Of a DNA stretch of 64,000 nt, positions 39,544 through 50,394 are shown piece by piece. A program made the position numbers and the translations under genes. Where the stretch lies: the IMG/VR virus record IMGVR_UViG_3300032007_000017; one strand, given 5' to 3'. A model generated the notes under the pieces. It ran no database searches and was not told the origin of the DNA. It saw only the letters and a list, made by a program, of their open reading frames with translations. Position 1 is the first letter of the stretch; the number at the start of each line of letters is the position of its first letter. The DNA is from a virus. Taxonomy: Duplodnaviria; Caudoviricetes.

Positions 39544-40353
39544 TTATGATATATATTTGAACAGCTTATTTCCTCCAGGATATTCCATAGCATGAACCAA
39601 TTCAGCATAACGCCGAATGATCTGCTTTCCCTGAAGTAGAGCAAACCTATAGTGATCATCGACAGTAGGAGGCTCATTCATCACATTGATGTATGGAATG
39701 GGCATCGTCTGTGCGATATTCTCATATTCGGTATTTGCTATAATATCAAAGGTCAAACCATCAATGGTAACCTGTTGATTATGAGTATAACCTCTTAGAA
39801 TATCTCTTGTCTTATGATCCACATAGTTATTGTGAGCAGAGATTCCTTCTGCTGTCAATCCTAAGCGGAAGAGATTAATGCCATTTACCTTCTGGAAGCT
39901 TTTAGCACAATGAACATAGTTTCTTTCGACATGTCCAATCTGATGCCAGAAGTGAACTTCCAGACTATGCATAATGATATGATTGAAAATCAACTTAAAA
40001 TACAACTGATTAGAAACAGGTTCACCACTAGAATTCACTAGCATGAAGTTTCCATTCGAGTTTGCGTTTGCTATCCAATTAAAGATCCATTCTCTGGCTC
40101 CCTTGATACTGATGATGGAATCAGAGAAGATATTAAAAGCACAGGGACCCTGTGCTTTCTCTTTAATGTCAATAGCTGATAGTACTCCAATCAAGATGGC
40201 ACAAATCTCACCAGAGTTATTTGTTCCATTTGGTTGGATGATCGTCTTAAGCTGTGTAAATTGAGAGCCTCTCTCAGTGATTAATGCTCCTGCACATGCT
40301 CCTCGTAAACTCTTATCTACGGATGCGTCACAGAAAATGTCATAGATCTTCAT
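39544..40353 (-). CDS. rnhA: Ribonuclease HI
   Basis: IFCDAS, TNNSGEICAI, IFSDS, HQIGH, NNYVD. Confidence 0.85.
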   Translation of the reverse strand: MKIYDIFCDASVDKSLRGACAGALITERGSQFTQLKTIIQPNGTNNSGEICAILIGVLSAIDIKEKAQGPCAFNIFSDSIISIKGAREWIFNWIANANSNGNFMLVNSSGEPVSNQLYFKLIFNHIIMHSLEVHFWHQIGHVERNYVHCAKSFQKVNGINLFRLGLTAEGISAHNNYVDHKTRDILRGYTHNQQVTIDGLTFDIIANTEYENIAQTMPIPYINVMNEPPTVDDHYRFALLQGKQIIRRYAELVHAMEYPGGNKLFKYIS

Positions 40354-40467
40354 AGAACTTAAAAGTCCTCCTTTCTAAAGAAAATAACTTTTCTTATTCA
40401 TATAAATAATATGTATTTACGAAAAAGAATAACCCAGGGCCGAAACCCTGGGTTATTAATTGATTGA

Positions 40468-40974
40468 TTACTTCTCCGAACGGAAGATCTTGATGCCCTT
40501 AGCCTTGAGCTGCTTAAGAGCCTTACCAAGGCCCTTGGCCTTCTTGGTGGCCTTGCCCTTGCGGCCAGCCTTAGCCTCGAGCAGGCAATTCTCAATGATC
40601 TCCTCGGCAACGTCAGCCGGAGCAACGATGACGAGATCATCGGAATTAACCTCATTCTTCTCAGCGATGTCCTCAGCGACTTCGCCAGCATCAGCATCAT
40701 CGCCCTCGGCCTCGCAGATGCGAAGAACGTCACGGATATCGCAGTAGAAACGGCCATCGCCGCTCTCCCACAGATTGCACATTTCCTTGAGCTCCTCGGG
40801 AGCCAGGACAGCATGGTTATCATTCTTATCGCCAGCGGGGACTTCCTCCACGTTCGTGGTCAGAGTATCCTGCAGATCAGCGACAACGTCCTTGACCTCC
40901 TGATCGACCTGCGGATCAAGCAGATCAGCAGAGGCAGCCTCGGACAGAATACGACTAGTTCTACCGTAAAGCAT
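40468..40974 (-). CDS. Abundant acidic late (virion) protein with basic C-terminus
   Basis: Late promoter AACA-TAATAG-TA; strong codon bias. Confidence 0.65.
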   Translation of the reverse strand: MLYGRTSRILSEAASADLLDPQVDQEVKDVVADLQDTLTTNVEEVPAGDKNDNHAVLAPEELKEMCNLWESGDGRFYCDIRDVLRICEAEGDDADAGEVAEDIAEKNEVNSDDLVIVAPADVAEEIIENCLLEAKAGRKGKATKKAKGLGKALKQLKAKGIKIFRSEK

Positions 40975-41082
40975 TACAATTGTCCTCCTTATTATTAATA
41001 ATAAGACTTATTTTGGTAAATTCCGCGGAATAGAGTAGACATACTCTGGAATTTACTATTATGTTTGCCTTCAAAATAGATA

Positions 41083-41874
41083 TTAATCAACCTGAGAGAA
41101 GGGACAATAATAGTGTTTTTCATCTTCCTTTGGGCTGTCTATTACAATATCCTTCGCGGATCCATTCATGATTTCATTTAATCTATCTTTCATCATACGA
41201 GTTACAGAATCCAATTTAGGAATCTTAAACCCATCTGCATCATAATAGATATAATGACGTTCCAAGATATGTTTATAATCTTCATTCTCCATAGAGAGTG
41301 TATAGTCTTCAATATTCTGGAGAGCAAGCTTGACATCATCAGATATGAAGTCTCCATACTGATCAACAAAACGTCTCCAGTTACCATAGACTATATTATT
41401 AGGAATGAATAGATATTGATTGTGTACCAATTCATGCACTGTTTCAGAAAGAGGAATCAATCCTACATTCATAGCATAATGGTTATACACAATCTCTTTT
41501 GCAACATGCTCAACTTCAAGGGATTCACCGAAATGAATCCTCTTTTGAACCACAGCGGCAGTTATATCATATAAAGATAGTGGCTCATGGTGAATCTCTA
41601 TATGAATTTTGGTAGTTTCAGCATTAGAGACATTCTCATAGAATGAGCAACCATTCATATTGACATAGTCTCTCAGAAAACCTACCATGTGTTGATATTC
41701 AAAGGAACCTCTTACAGTCTTTTCAATATCAAAAAGATATTTTTGAAATTCCTTTTCATCATTTAAATCATAGTCTGGCTCTAAATATGGTTCGAGCTCA
41801 GGCATTGCGATGTGATTAGGCACTTCCTCAGCATAATCTGCAAATCGCTGAAGTTGTTCAGGATCTCGTGCCAT
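41083..41874 (-). CDS. HNH-like late protein
   Basis: IEIHHEPLSLYDI...LSETVHELVH; late promoter. Confidence 0.6.
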   Translation of the reverse strand: MARDPEQLQRFADYAEEVPNHIAMPELEPYLEPDYDLNDEKEFQKYLFDIEKTVRGSFEYQHMVGFLRDYVNMNGCSFYENVSNAETTKIHIEIHHEPLSLYDITAAVVQKRIHFGESLEVEHVAKEIVYNHYAMNVGLIPLSETVHELVHNQYLFIPNNIVYGNWRRFVDQYGDFISDDVKLALQNIEDYTLSMENEDYKHILERHYIYYDADGFKIPKLDSVTRMMKDRLNEIMNGSAKDIVIDSPKEDEKHYYCPFSQVD

Positions 41875-42038
41875 CTAATCACCTCCTTTTAATCGTATGT
41901 TCCGCAAAGCGTAATTGAGAGCCAATAAGGCTCTCAATTACTATTTTAGAAAAGAGGCTATTTGATGAAACGACAACAACACACACAAACAAGAAAAAAG
42001 ACCCTTGCCAAGGTGTACATATATGTTATAAGATTAGC

Positions 42039-43493
42039 TTATAACTCAGACTTTGTCTTGGGATCAGGAAGTTCAATTCCACCTTCAGGCTCTCTTCCAG
42101 CCGCATCATCATCTTCGATTGTCTTAATGCCAAGGTTTACAAGTTCTTCTTGTGAAACAGTCTCAGCAACCTCATTTTCATCTGTGATGATATTAGTAGA
42201 ATCAGTGTTAATAATAGGCTTATTTGCCCTAGTATTATTAATCACTGTAGGAATCAGAATATCGTAGATTGCATCATCAGGATATTCGACCATTCCATCA
42301 GGTTGAATTCTACCCATAGTAAACAGATTCTCACGGAACCATTTACCAATCTTCAGTCCATACTCTCTCATCTCAGACTGAGCATGAGAATCCTCACGAA
42401 GCTGAAGATACTTGATAAGGTGATAGAAATTAAATGTGATATAGATTCTACCACACTGAGTATTCTGAACCAGATATGCACGAGCATCTTCGGAAATCAG
42501 AGCATTGCTTCCATTCTTCTTATCCTTCAACTGGGGATAGATTTTGTTCATCTCATCGCCAAGTTGCTGGAGATTCATACGGAAATGCTTATTTCCAAAG
42601 TCAATGTCATACATATACTTCGGATCATACTTATCTGGTTTAAATTTAGCAGGACTATTGAACGGAGCACCAGAGTAATCTACATATCTCTGAGACTCCT
42701 GAGTGATACCATTACGATGACGAGTAAGCTGCTGAGTAATGATACGGCTCATATGCTTATACTCGACAGTAACAGTAAGGAATCTCATGATATCCTTAAG
42801 AGTGAATACCTGGGGCTCAGAGCAATGCTGAGCAAGCTCATAGATAAGAGCCATATAACTATCTGCACTGATAATACGAATATCATCATCGATATTCGAA
42901 TAAGTGCATGCATTGAACTTCTTGATCGATTCCATATCGGGAGCATCAATGAAGTCTTCCTTATGAAGAACTCCTGCTTCGATCAGATCAGTCATTGCAT
43001 CAGACGGAATGTACTGATGAACCATCGATGTGATAGCACGCATCATAGCATTATCGGAAATTGTATATGCATTCAGATATAAGTCGGAGAAACCTCTCCA
43101 ACTACCTCCAAGAAGCACATGCCAACCAGCATTGTTAATACTACGATGCACAACAGAGTGGAGATAATTCTTATATCCAAGTACCTCCATAAGATCATTA
43201 GAGAACTTATCGGGAACAAAGAAATAGAAAACCACATTAGAATGCTCGAGAATAGAAGTATGACCAGTCTTAGCACGACGACCAATATACGAAGACTTAT
43301 CAGCATATTGATCAGGAAGCTTGGTATCCCAGCATGAAGAACAGGCTAGAGCACAGATCTCAACGCCATTGTTCATCATGACAAGATCACCAGTGATACG
43401 ATCAGGATCAGCATATCCAGTAACTGGGAGTCTCTCTGAATCTGACTTTGTTTTCTTTAGACCGTTATTGTTGAATAAATCTTTGAGTGACAT
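42039..43493 (-). CDS. thyX: FAD-dependent thymidylate synthase (extended)
   Basis: GHTSILEH, SRIITQQLTRHR-x7-SQRY, EDARAYL, LREDSHAQSEMR. Confidence 0.9.
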   Translation of the reverse strand: MSLKDLFNNNGLKKTKSDSERLPVTGYADPDRITGDLVMMNNGVEICALACSSCWDTKLPDQYADKSSYIGRRAKTGHTSILEHSNVVFYFFVPDKFSNDLMEVLGYKNYLHSVVHRSINNAGWHVLLGGSWRGFSDLYLNAYTISDNAMMRAITSMVHQYIPSDAMTDLIEAGVLHKEDFIDAPDMESIKKFNACTYSNIDDDIRIISADSYMALIYELAQHCSEPQVFTLKDIMRFLTVTVEYKHMSRIITQQLTRHRNGITQESQRYVDYSGAPFNSPAKFKPDKYDPKYMYDIDFGNKHFRMNLQQLGDEMNKIYPQLKDKKNGSNALISEDARAYLVQNTQCGRIYITFNFYHLIKYLQLREDSHAQSEMREYGLKIGKWFRENLFTMGRIQPDGMVEYPDDAIYDILIPTVINNTRANKPIINTDSTNIITDENEVAETVSQEELVNLGIKTIEDDDAAGREPEGGIELPDPKTKSEL

Positions 43494-43541
43494 TGTTTTA
43501 TACCTCCTAAATAATGTCTAATTTAATGTGGTCAGACATAT

Positions 43542-43706
43542 AAAAAGATACCTGGATATGATCCAGGTATCTTGAAGCGAGGTGAAATACTAGAAGAACT
43601 ACAGAAAATCATTTTAGGAGGTTAAAAATGAACAAAAACGACTGAAAGTGAAGATGACAGAGGTATTACGGACGGACAACGAGTATGGAATTCTCCTAGT
43701 ATTTCT
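43542..43706 (-). ncRNA. Candidate late small RNA (~165 nt) with anti-RBS loop
   Basis: AACT-ATCTTG-TA promoter, 15-bp closing stem, orphan minus-strand terminator. Confidence 0.55.
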
Positions 43707-43759
43707 ACAAGATAGTTACATATTATTTAAATGATTACAGAGGTGAGGTGTTATATTTA

Positions 43760-44608
43760 ATGGGCTATATTGAAAACTATAAAACACTTGAAATCACTCC
43801 TATGATTCTTGAGATGAAGCCTAGAATAGAAAGTTTATTTAATTGGCTGAATGGATATGTGAATCATAGGATTAATTGTAAGCTAAACATTTGTGGATAT
43901 AGTGTTAATAATTTTGCTATATTTCAATATCCAAATCAAGTAAGTGTATATCTTGGCAGTATCATTGACTTTTCTACTCAAATGAGTCATGGATTAGATG
44001 TCTTTAATTGCTCAATGTCGTTAGCGGCATTGACAATTACTCATGAGCTATTTCATTCTGATCAGGCTCTTGATAATAGAAGATATACAGATGATAATGA
44101 GTATAGAGATTCTATCGAACGAGCAGCAGAATATAATGCAGAACAGTTTTGTGCTGCTCATATCATAGATTTCAAAATGCTATTCGGCTTTGATTATAAG
44201 ATGAAGCATAAAACTCCATATGAAAATTTCGTTAAGGGAAGTATTAGCGATTATTATGTATATGGAGTTCCTGGAGTTCTTTGTTCTACTCTTATACGAG
44301 ATAGAATGACTGATATGTTTTATCGGTATGAGAATTTTGGAATCTATATTACGGATAATAGAATGGAAGAAGTTCCTCCATTCAATTATGATACAGGGTG
44401 TATCTTGAGATGGCATGGAAAGGCTGTTAATAGTCCTGAAGATATTGCTCATTTTCAGGATTTGCTTAGAAAGTATATGAATGGTACAAATATGTATGAT
44501 ATGACGATGTCTTTATCTCATGCAATACTCGAGAAAAACAATGAACATATAGATCTTTTGTATATTTGCATCAATAATATGAATTATTATCCATTCGCTT
44601 TTGACTGA
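43760..44608 (+). CDS. Putative zincin-like metallopeptidase
   Basis: THELFH (HExxH) and downstream ERAA. Confidence 0.5.
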   Translation: MGYIENYKTLEITPMILEMKPRIESLFNWLNGYVNHRINCKLNICGYSVNNFAIFQYPNQVSVYLGSIIDFSTQMSHGLDVFNCSMSLAALTITHELFHSDQALDNRRYTDDNEYRDSIERAAEYNAEQFCAAHIIDFKMLFGFDYKMKHKTPYENFVKGSISDYYVYGVPGVLCSTLIRDRMTDMFYRYENFGIYITDNRMEEVPPFNYDTGCILRWHGKAVNSPEDIAHFQDLLRKYMNGTNMYDMTMSLSHAILEKNNEHIDLLYICINNMNYYPFAFD

Positions 44609-44657
44609 ACTTGGTAGTAATGACATGTCAACAATATCGAAAGGAGGTTGATAAACA

Positions 44658-45176
44658 TTGAATAGCTTTGTAAAACGAGCATCTACTAAGGATCTTTATA
44701 AGATTGCTTATGCTATTATGTGTTTAAAGACCACATCTGAGAGCATCACTACAGAAGAGGTAAAACATTATGTAGATAGGTGCTATTATTGTGAAGACAG
44801 ATTAGGAAATATCATTGCTATCGTTGCAGCAGAGCGTATTGTCTTTGAGTATCCTTCCGAGGTAGAAGGAGAAACAATAAAGACATACCCCAATAAATAT
44901 AGAATCAAATATATGCTCTATGACGCCTATGCTATAAAGAGCATGGGTGAAGATCCCGCAGAACTCTTAAGAGAAATGGTTAGAGAGCTAACTGCTGATA
45001 TGAGTGATTGGACCGTATCAGTAAATCTGTCAAAGTTATCAAAGATATCTATTGACTCAGAAGAAGACTGTAAAGAAACTCTTAAGTATGCATTAAATTC
45101 AAATGGATTTAGGAACATGTCAGACGAAGATCTTATGCTTCGTGCCACTCCTTTGAATTTTGATTCATTCCACTAA
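44658..45176 (+). CDS. Hypothetical protein
   Basis: SD AAGGAGG; TTG start. Confidence 0.65.
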   Translation: MNSFVKRASTKDLYKIAYAIMCLKTTSESITTEEVKHYVDRCYYCEDRLGNIIAIVAAERIVFEYPSEVEGETIKTYPNKYRIKYMLYDAYAIKSMGEDPAELLREMVRELTADMSDWTVSVNLSKLSKISIDSEEDCKETLKYALNSNGFRNMSDEDLMLRATPLNFDSFH

Positions 45177-45211
45177 AGAAATAAACCCAGGGATTTCCCT
45201 GGGTTTATTTT

Positions 45212-48200
45212 TTATTTGTGAGTATAGAACTGAGGTATTAGCATAGACTTGCCAAAGCTATGCTTAAAGTTACTGTCCTTGATGATATTAATGACATCAT
45301 CTTGAGTTGGAGAAACCACAGCAATAGCAACGCTATTTTTAATAGCAGGAATCTCGGTAGATCTAATGCGAAGTTGAGGAACATCGAGAATTATAGAAGT
45401 AGGATTAGTCTGTTCATTCGGATCATTCGGGCTAATTGCTGCAGAAACATCATCGAATTTAATTTTTGTCGATTGCTCGATTTTATCGATAACTTCTACT
45501 GCAATAGCAGCACTCGAATTCTCTTCAGGAACAGCAGGACCATATCCATTCTCTTCTTCATCATCTTTGATGGTTTCCAGCCTCCAGAGCTTTCCAAGTT
45601 GCTTTTTGAATCTAGGAATATTCTTAAATTCAAAGTTATTGAAATCCACTCTGAAGTAACCAGTCTTACCAACGAATATTACCAATTTTCCTCCAAACAA
45701 TTCTCTTACCTTATTAGGATCTCTTCTAATAAGACGGAAAATCATAGAAATAGGATTCAAATTGGAAGCCCAGTCATAGACATCAGTATTAGGAAGAGTA
45801 TTCCAAGCACCTTTCCAAACTGGGATAAAGATAGTGTTCTTTACATAATTCTGTTTAAAGTATGGATCGAAGTTATTAAGCATACGACCGAGATACTCTA
45901 AATAGAATCTAATAGCCACATCTCTTATCGTTTTATTATTCGATAAGAAGAGGCCATTATAGTAAGACAGATCATAGAATACATTCAGAGAATTATACAT
46001 CCTAGGCTTTACATAAGCCTTCTTAATCTTAGGACAAGATTGTCTCACTCGATTATTGATAGCCACATGATCAGAAGTAATTCTGATTCTCTGAGACCAC
46101 AGATATTTACGAAGCTTGGTATTGTAAGAATTCTGGGATAATTCTCCAGGAGCTTCTGTAAATACAAACACCTGTCCTTCCATCAATGTAGTAAACTTAT
46201 CTTCTACTACAGAGAAAGATTCTTGATGTTGAGTAGCAGACGTATAAATATCAAGCTGCATGTAAACCATATCGCCATTGATTACATATTGCTTAAAGCC
46301 CTTCTTTTCATAGAACTTTTGAGCAACAGCATTATTCTTATCAACAGCAATATTTGTGATATTATCCTCATCAATAGCAATCTCAATCATTTGAGATGCT
46401 AAACCACGTCCTTGGTAGTCGTCAGCAACTTTAATAGCTTGCAGCCAGACTACGCTGCTACCAGGAGAATTTTCATCTTCTTTTTTCTGAGAATTATAAT
46501 AGCAAACTGGGATATTGCCTTTTTTCTCATCAATCCAAAGATATCCATGGCAGCCTTTCTTTGTTTTTACTTCAGTAAGACCTTCAATATGGTTTTTATA
46601 CTTCTCAATGACTTCATCATTGATCTGAAGTTTTGTGAGTCTGCTGATTGGAAGATAAGTCTTACCGCTGTCAGTTTCAATAACAGTAGCTTCTCCAAAA
46701 GTAGCAGTTTTTCTTTGATCTTCTGTAGCCTTTATGAAAGTATCTACTATATCAGAGCCAGGAAGAATCTCATCCTCTCTAGGGATATAAGCAGTCATAT
46801 ACCGATATTTATCGATATCTCCCCATAACTTACGATAGTGAATATCTTCATAATGTGTAAGAATATCTTTGACATTCTTTACACTTCCCATACCAGAAGT
46901 AAATCTAGGGTTATAGGGATCGAAGATTACAGTAGATCCATCAGCATAGCTAATAACATTTGCAGCAATTATATCTCCGCACTTATCAGCATATGCATCA
47001 TGCTCACGAAACAGAATAAGATTGACGTTGAATCCCATCTTACAAAGTGCTCTATAACAGAATATAGCACAATGGAAGTAAGAAACTTCTTTCATCTTAA
47101 TGATGTCTTTTACAGTATGAGGATTAAACCACATACCATCAGAATGCTCTTTGCTTGCACCACTAAGAGTATCAGGCTTCTTAAAATGAGTCCTACAATA
47201 TTTCATGAGACTAAGCTCATCAAGAATATTAGAAGGAATGTCATCATATTCATGATAGTTGACGATATTTCTAGGGCCAGAAACTGTATTAACCGTACTG
47301 TACCCACTATCGCTACACGGATACAACCAAAGCCTATAAACACTTTGAGTAGCAGACTTTCTAACAAGCTTAAATCCATACTTCTTAGCAAGTCTGATAG
47401 AGGCTTGATTCTTATTATCCACGTACCAAATCAGATTGGTAGTATAAGGATTATCAACAAAGAATTCTCTTGCTTCAAGGAATCTAGTTAAAAGAGTAGA
47501 TGCAACTCCTTCATGACGATGACGAGGATCAACTCCAATAACAACGATTCCAGAATTCTGAGGTCCATCATAGATCTCTAAGAATCCTCTCAGATCATAA
47601 GTGCCAGTCTTCTCTACTTCTCTATAAAGACACTTACGAGTCTTATCCATCTTAATGAATGTACCCGTACGATCTAAGAAGTTCTTTTCTTTATCACTCA
47701 TATTATTGAAGATATTGACAGCATCCTGATGATCACCATCTCTAATGAACTCAGTATTATCTTCATCTTCAATAACGTATACTTTAGCAGCTTCAAGCTG
47801 AATTTTAATGCGATTATAGAAGTCCTTGGCACCATATCTAAATATACGGACATAATCTCCTTCTTTTAGAGCTTTTATAAGTGCCATTCTTCCTTCAGAC
47901 TTATAGTACTTCTGAATGAATCTTGCCATAGAGATTCTATCGTCAACCTTGTGATCATTGTGCTCGTAGATATAATCGCAGGCACCAGACAGAACCATAC
48001 CTACTCTATTTGCAAGAAGCCAATTACATTTACGAAAGCTATTATTAGCTACATAAGTAATGATAGCAGTCTCACAATACATAGAATAAGGTCCTTCAGC
48101 AAGAACCAAATTATATTCAGATCCACAAAGAACAAAGATTTCTGTAGATGTATTAAAGCTATTGGGAGTGATTTTAGATTCTTTTTCAATCAAATCAGCA

Positions 48201-48685
48201 CCAACTGCTTTATTCATATCAGAGAGAGAAGTGAATGCATAGATATTCGGATAAATACGATTCATCTTCCTAACCTGAAAGAAATCATACCATTTATCGA
48301 AATTCTTCTTTGCAAATTCAGTCTCAAGCAATCTTTGATCATTGGTTGTTCCATAAGCCTTAACAACCGGTTTAGTGTGATTTACATTTACTTCTTCAGT
48401 AAATGCCATCTCTTCATAGACATCAGGATCTTCATCCTCTACATCAAGCTTAATACTACCATCGTTTGTCAAATAGTGTTTGACATTTCTATCCATCCAA
48501 TAGGATACGAAATAAGACGGATTTTGAAACCATGGAGTATTAATTAGAGTGATGGAGTCCTCCATAGACTGAGTCAAAAGGGTGATCATAGCACCCTTCT
48601 TTTTATTTGTAGGATTAAATGGAAGGTAAGCTCTTTGCCTTGTTGAATACAAGCGAAGAGGGATCATTTCATCCATTAAAATCAT
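45212..48685 (-). CDS. Large late protein with two GNAT acetyltransferase domains
   Basis: VDPRHRHEGVASTLL...NQASIRLAKKYGF and VADDYQGRGLASQMI...NAVAQKFYEKKGF; late promoter AACA-TCATAG-TA. Confidence 0.8.
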   Translation of the reverse strand: MILMDEMIPLRLYSTRQRAYLPFNPTNKKKGAMITLLTQSMEDSITLINTPWFQNPSYFVSYWMDRNVKHYLTNDGSIKLDVEDEDPDVYEEMAFTEEVNVNHTKPVVKAYGTTNDQRLLETEFAKKNFDKWYDFFQVRKMNRIYPNIYAFTSLSDMNKAVGADLIEKESKITPNSFNTSTEIFVLCGSEYNLVLAEGPYSMYCETAIITYVANNSFRKCNWLLANRVGMVLSGACDYIYEHNDHKVDDRISMARFIQKYYKSEGRMALIKALKEGDYVRIFRYGAKDFYNRIKIQLEAAKVYVIEDEDNTEFIRDGDHQDAVNIFNNMSDKEKNFLDRTGTFIKMDKTRKCLYREVEKTGTYDLRGFLEIYDGPQNSGIVVIGVDPRHRHEGVASTLLTRFLEAREFFVDNPYTTNLIWYVDNKNQASIRLAKKYGFKLVRKSATQSVYRLWLYPCSDSGYSTVNTVSGPRNIVNYHEYDDIPSNILDELSLMKYCRTHFKKPDTLSGASKEHSDGMWFNPHTVKDIIKMKEVSYFHCAIFCYRALCKMGFNVNLILFREHDAYADKCGDIIAANVISYADGSTVIFDPYNPRFTSGMGSVKNVKDILTHYEDIHYRKLWGDIDKYRYMTAYIPREDEILPGSDIVDTFIKATEDQRKTATFGEATVIETDSGKTYLPISRLTKLQINDEVIEKYKNHIEGLTEVKTKKGCHGYLWIDEKKGNIPVCYYNSQKKEDENSPGSSVVWLQAIKVADDYQGRGLASQMIEIAIDEDNITNIAVDKNNAVAQKFYEKKGFKQYVINGDMVYMQLDIYTSATQHQESFSVVEDKFTTLMEGQVFVFTEAPGELSQNSYNTKLRKYLWSQRIRITSDHVAINNRVRQSCPKIKKAYVKPRMYNSLNVFYDLSYYNGLFLSNNKTIRDVAIRFYLEYLGRMLNNFDPYFKQNYVKNTIFIPVWKGAWNTLPNTDVYDWASNLNPISMIFRLIRRDPNKVRELFGGKLVIFVGKTGYFRVDFNNFEFKNIPRFKKQLGKLWRLETIKDDEEENGYGPAVPEENSSAAIAVEVIDKIEQSTKIKFDDVSAAISPNDPNEQTNPTSIILDVPQLRIRSTEIPAIKNSVAIAVVSPTQDDVINIIKDSNFKHSFGKSMLIPQFYTHK

Positions 48686-48821
48686 GGATTTTATCCTCCT
48701 TCTTAATCTAGTTACTATGATGTTGAAGGTAGCACAATTTATGCTATCTTCAATGATTTATTTAAAGACATATTATTATTTTGAACCTAGAAGCGAACAA
48801 TAAACTGTAAAGGAGAAATAT

Positions 48822-49115
48822 ATGGTAATCTATAACCAGAGAGGAAATACCACTACAATGGGTATTTGCCTCACTCCAGAATATTATAAGGAGGGTAATA
48901 TGGAAGTAACTCTGAAAGAGTTTAAAGACCGCGTCGATGCATTTGTAAAGTATTTCGGCGAGGACAAGAAAGTAAGTATCACTAGTACTTGGGCTCCAGT
49001 TATTAGTGATTCAAGGTTTCCAAATGGGGTAGTCCCATTCTTCTATGATGATGAACCCAGAAACGAAACCCATGAAAATACAATAAGGAGGATTTTAGAA
49101 AATGGCAAAAAGTAG
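48822..49115 (+). CDS. Hypothetical protein (early)
   Basis: Early motif and SD. Confidence 0.6.
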   Translation: MVIYNQRGNTTTMGICLTPEYYKEGNMEVTLKEFKDRVDAFVKYFGEDKKVSITSTWAPVISDSRFPNGVVPFFYDDEPRNETHENTIRRILENGKK

Positions 49116-49494
49116 ACATGGTTATCAGAGAGCACATCGTCCCAATCCTGTTATGGCTCAGATGCAGCAGCAGAAGAGGATTGAGAAGCAACTGAAGGAA
49201 GCGTACAATCAAGGTGTTCGTCAAGGTATTATCCTTGACAAGATCATTGCAGTACAGCTTCTGCGTAATGCTGGTTCCGGTGCACCCATTACTGAATATA
49301 TGAGTGCCTTCGATAAATATCGCAATGCTGTTGTCTTTGATGAGCTGACTACAGTTCGCGATATCATCGATCAGCTTAAAGAGGCTGAAGGATTTAGTCT
49401 TACTGATGAGGATATCATCGAAGCTATTCCTGAGATTGCCTCTTATCTCCCCGAATCTTCAAAAGAAGAAGAAAATACCTCTAAAGTCGAGTAA
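49102..49494 (+). CDS. Hypothetical protein
   Basis: SD AGGAGG. Confidence 0.7.
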   Translation: MAKSRHGYQRAHRPNPVMAQMQQQKRIEKQLKEAYNQGVRQGIILDKIIAVQLLRNAGSGAPITEYMSAFDKYRNAVVFDELTTVRDIIDQLKEAEGFSLTDEDIIEAIPEIASYLPESSKEEENTSKVE

Positions 49495-49633
49495 GCAGTC
49501 TACTTAGACATAAACTGCTTTTGAAACGATTTTACGAGCTTACATTCTCGTGAGAGTGCCTAAATGGGCCTCTCACGAGAGTATTTTTTGATAAATAGCT
49601 CTACATCTATATAATTGAAAGGAGCTATAATCA

Positions 49634-49831
49634 ATGGATAAGATAGAACCTGGAAAGGTGGATAAGGATAATTTTATTCAGTTTTTAACTCATGCAACTC
49701 CAGAAGAGATGAATGAGTTAATTGATAAGAAAGGTAAACCACGTAAGCCTTATTATCCATTTTATGAATTTAGAGCTAAGGAGGAATCGCAAGATGAAAG
49801 ACCAAACACCTATGGAACCGAAACCCGTTAA
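49634..49831 (+). CDS. Hypothetical protein
   Basis: SD AAAGGAG. Confidence 0.6.
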   Translation: MDKIEPGKVDKDNFIQFLTHATPEEMNELIDKKGKPRKPYYPFYEFRAKEESQDERPNTYGTETR

Positions 49832-50333
49832 GGAATTAATCACGGATATTAAGGAGAATCTTTCCCAGAAAGGTGCTTCAAGACAGGATGAGATTTCTGT
49901 TATGCAATCCATGTTATCTGATCCTGATTATGAAGTTGCCATGTGGGGAAAGAATGGTATCAAGGGTATGTACAATCCGTGCAAAGACTTCCGTTCTATG
50001 GGAGCTAGCATGCTTGTCAATACCACTAAGATTACCCAGCACGAAGCAAATGCTCTTATGGAGAACTATGTTCCGTCTCGTAGAGAGGCTGAGAGTATGG
50101 TTAATATTTCTAAGGAGTACGTTAATACGTATCTTCAGACAGATCGTAAGTTGCCGCTTGGCGGACGTGAGAAATCTGACATCTCTCTTCAGCTTCGCCA
50201 TGCACCGGCTGCTGAAAAAAGTTACCCCTCCAAGGATGAGAAAGGTAATTTCATGAAAGGTACTAAGATTATTGGAGCTCATGATACAATCAAGGTCAAG
50301 GCTCCTTGCCCGTCTTGGGTACAATCTAAGTAA
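49794..50333 (+). CDS. Hypothetical protein
   Basis: SD AAGGAGG; terminator follows. Confidence 0.7.
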   Translation: MKDQTPMEPKPVKELITDIKENLSQKGASRQDEISVMQSMLSDPDYEVAMWGKNGIKGMYNPCKDFRSMGASMLVNTTKITQHEANALMENYVPSRREAESMVNISKEYVNTYLQTDRKLPLGGREKSDISLQLRHAPAAEKSYPSKDEKGNFMKGTKIIGAHDTIKVKAPCPSWVQSK

Positions 50334-50394
50334 GATTAAGAGGGGTATTTCCCCTCTTTTCTTAAGAATAAAATTATTTTAAGGAGAAACGAAA

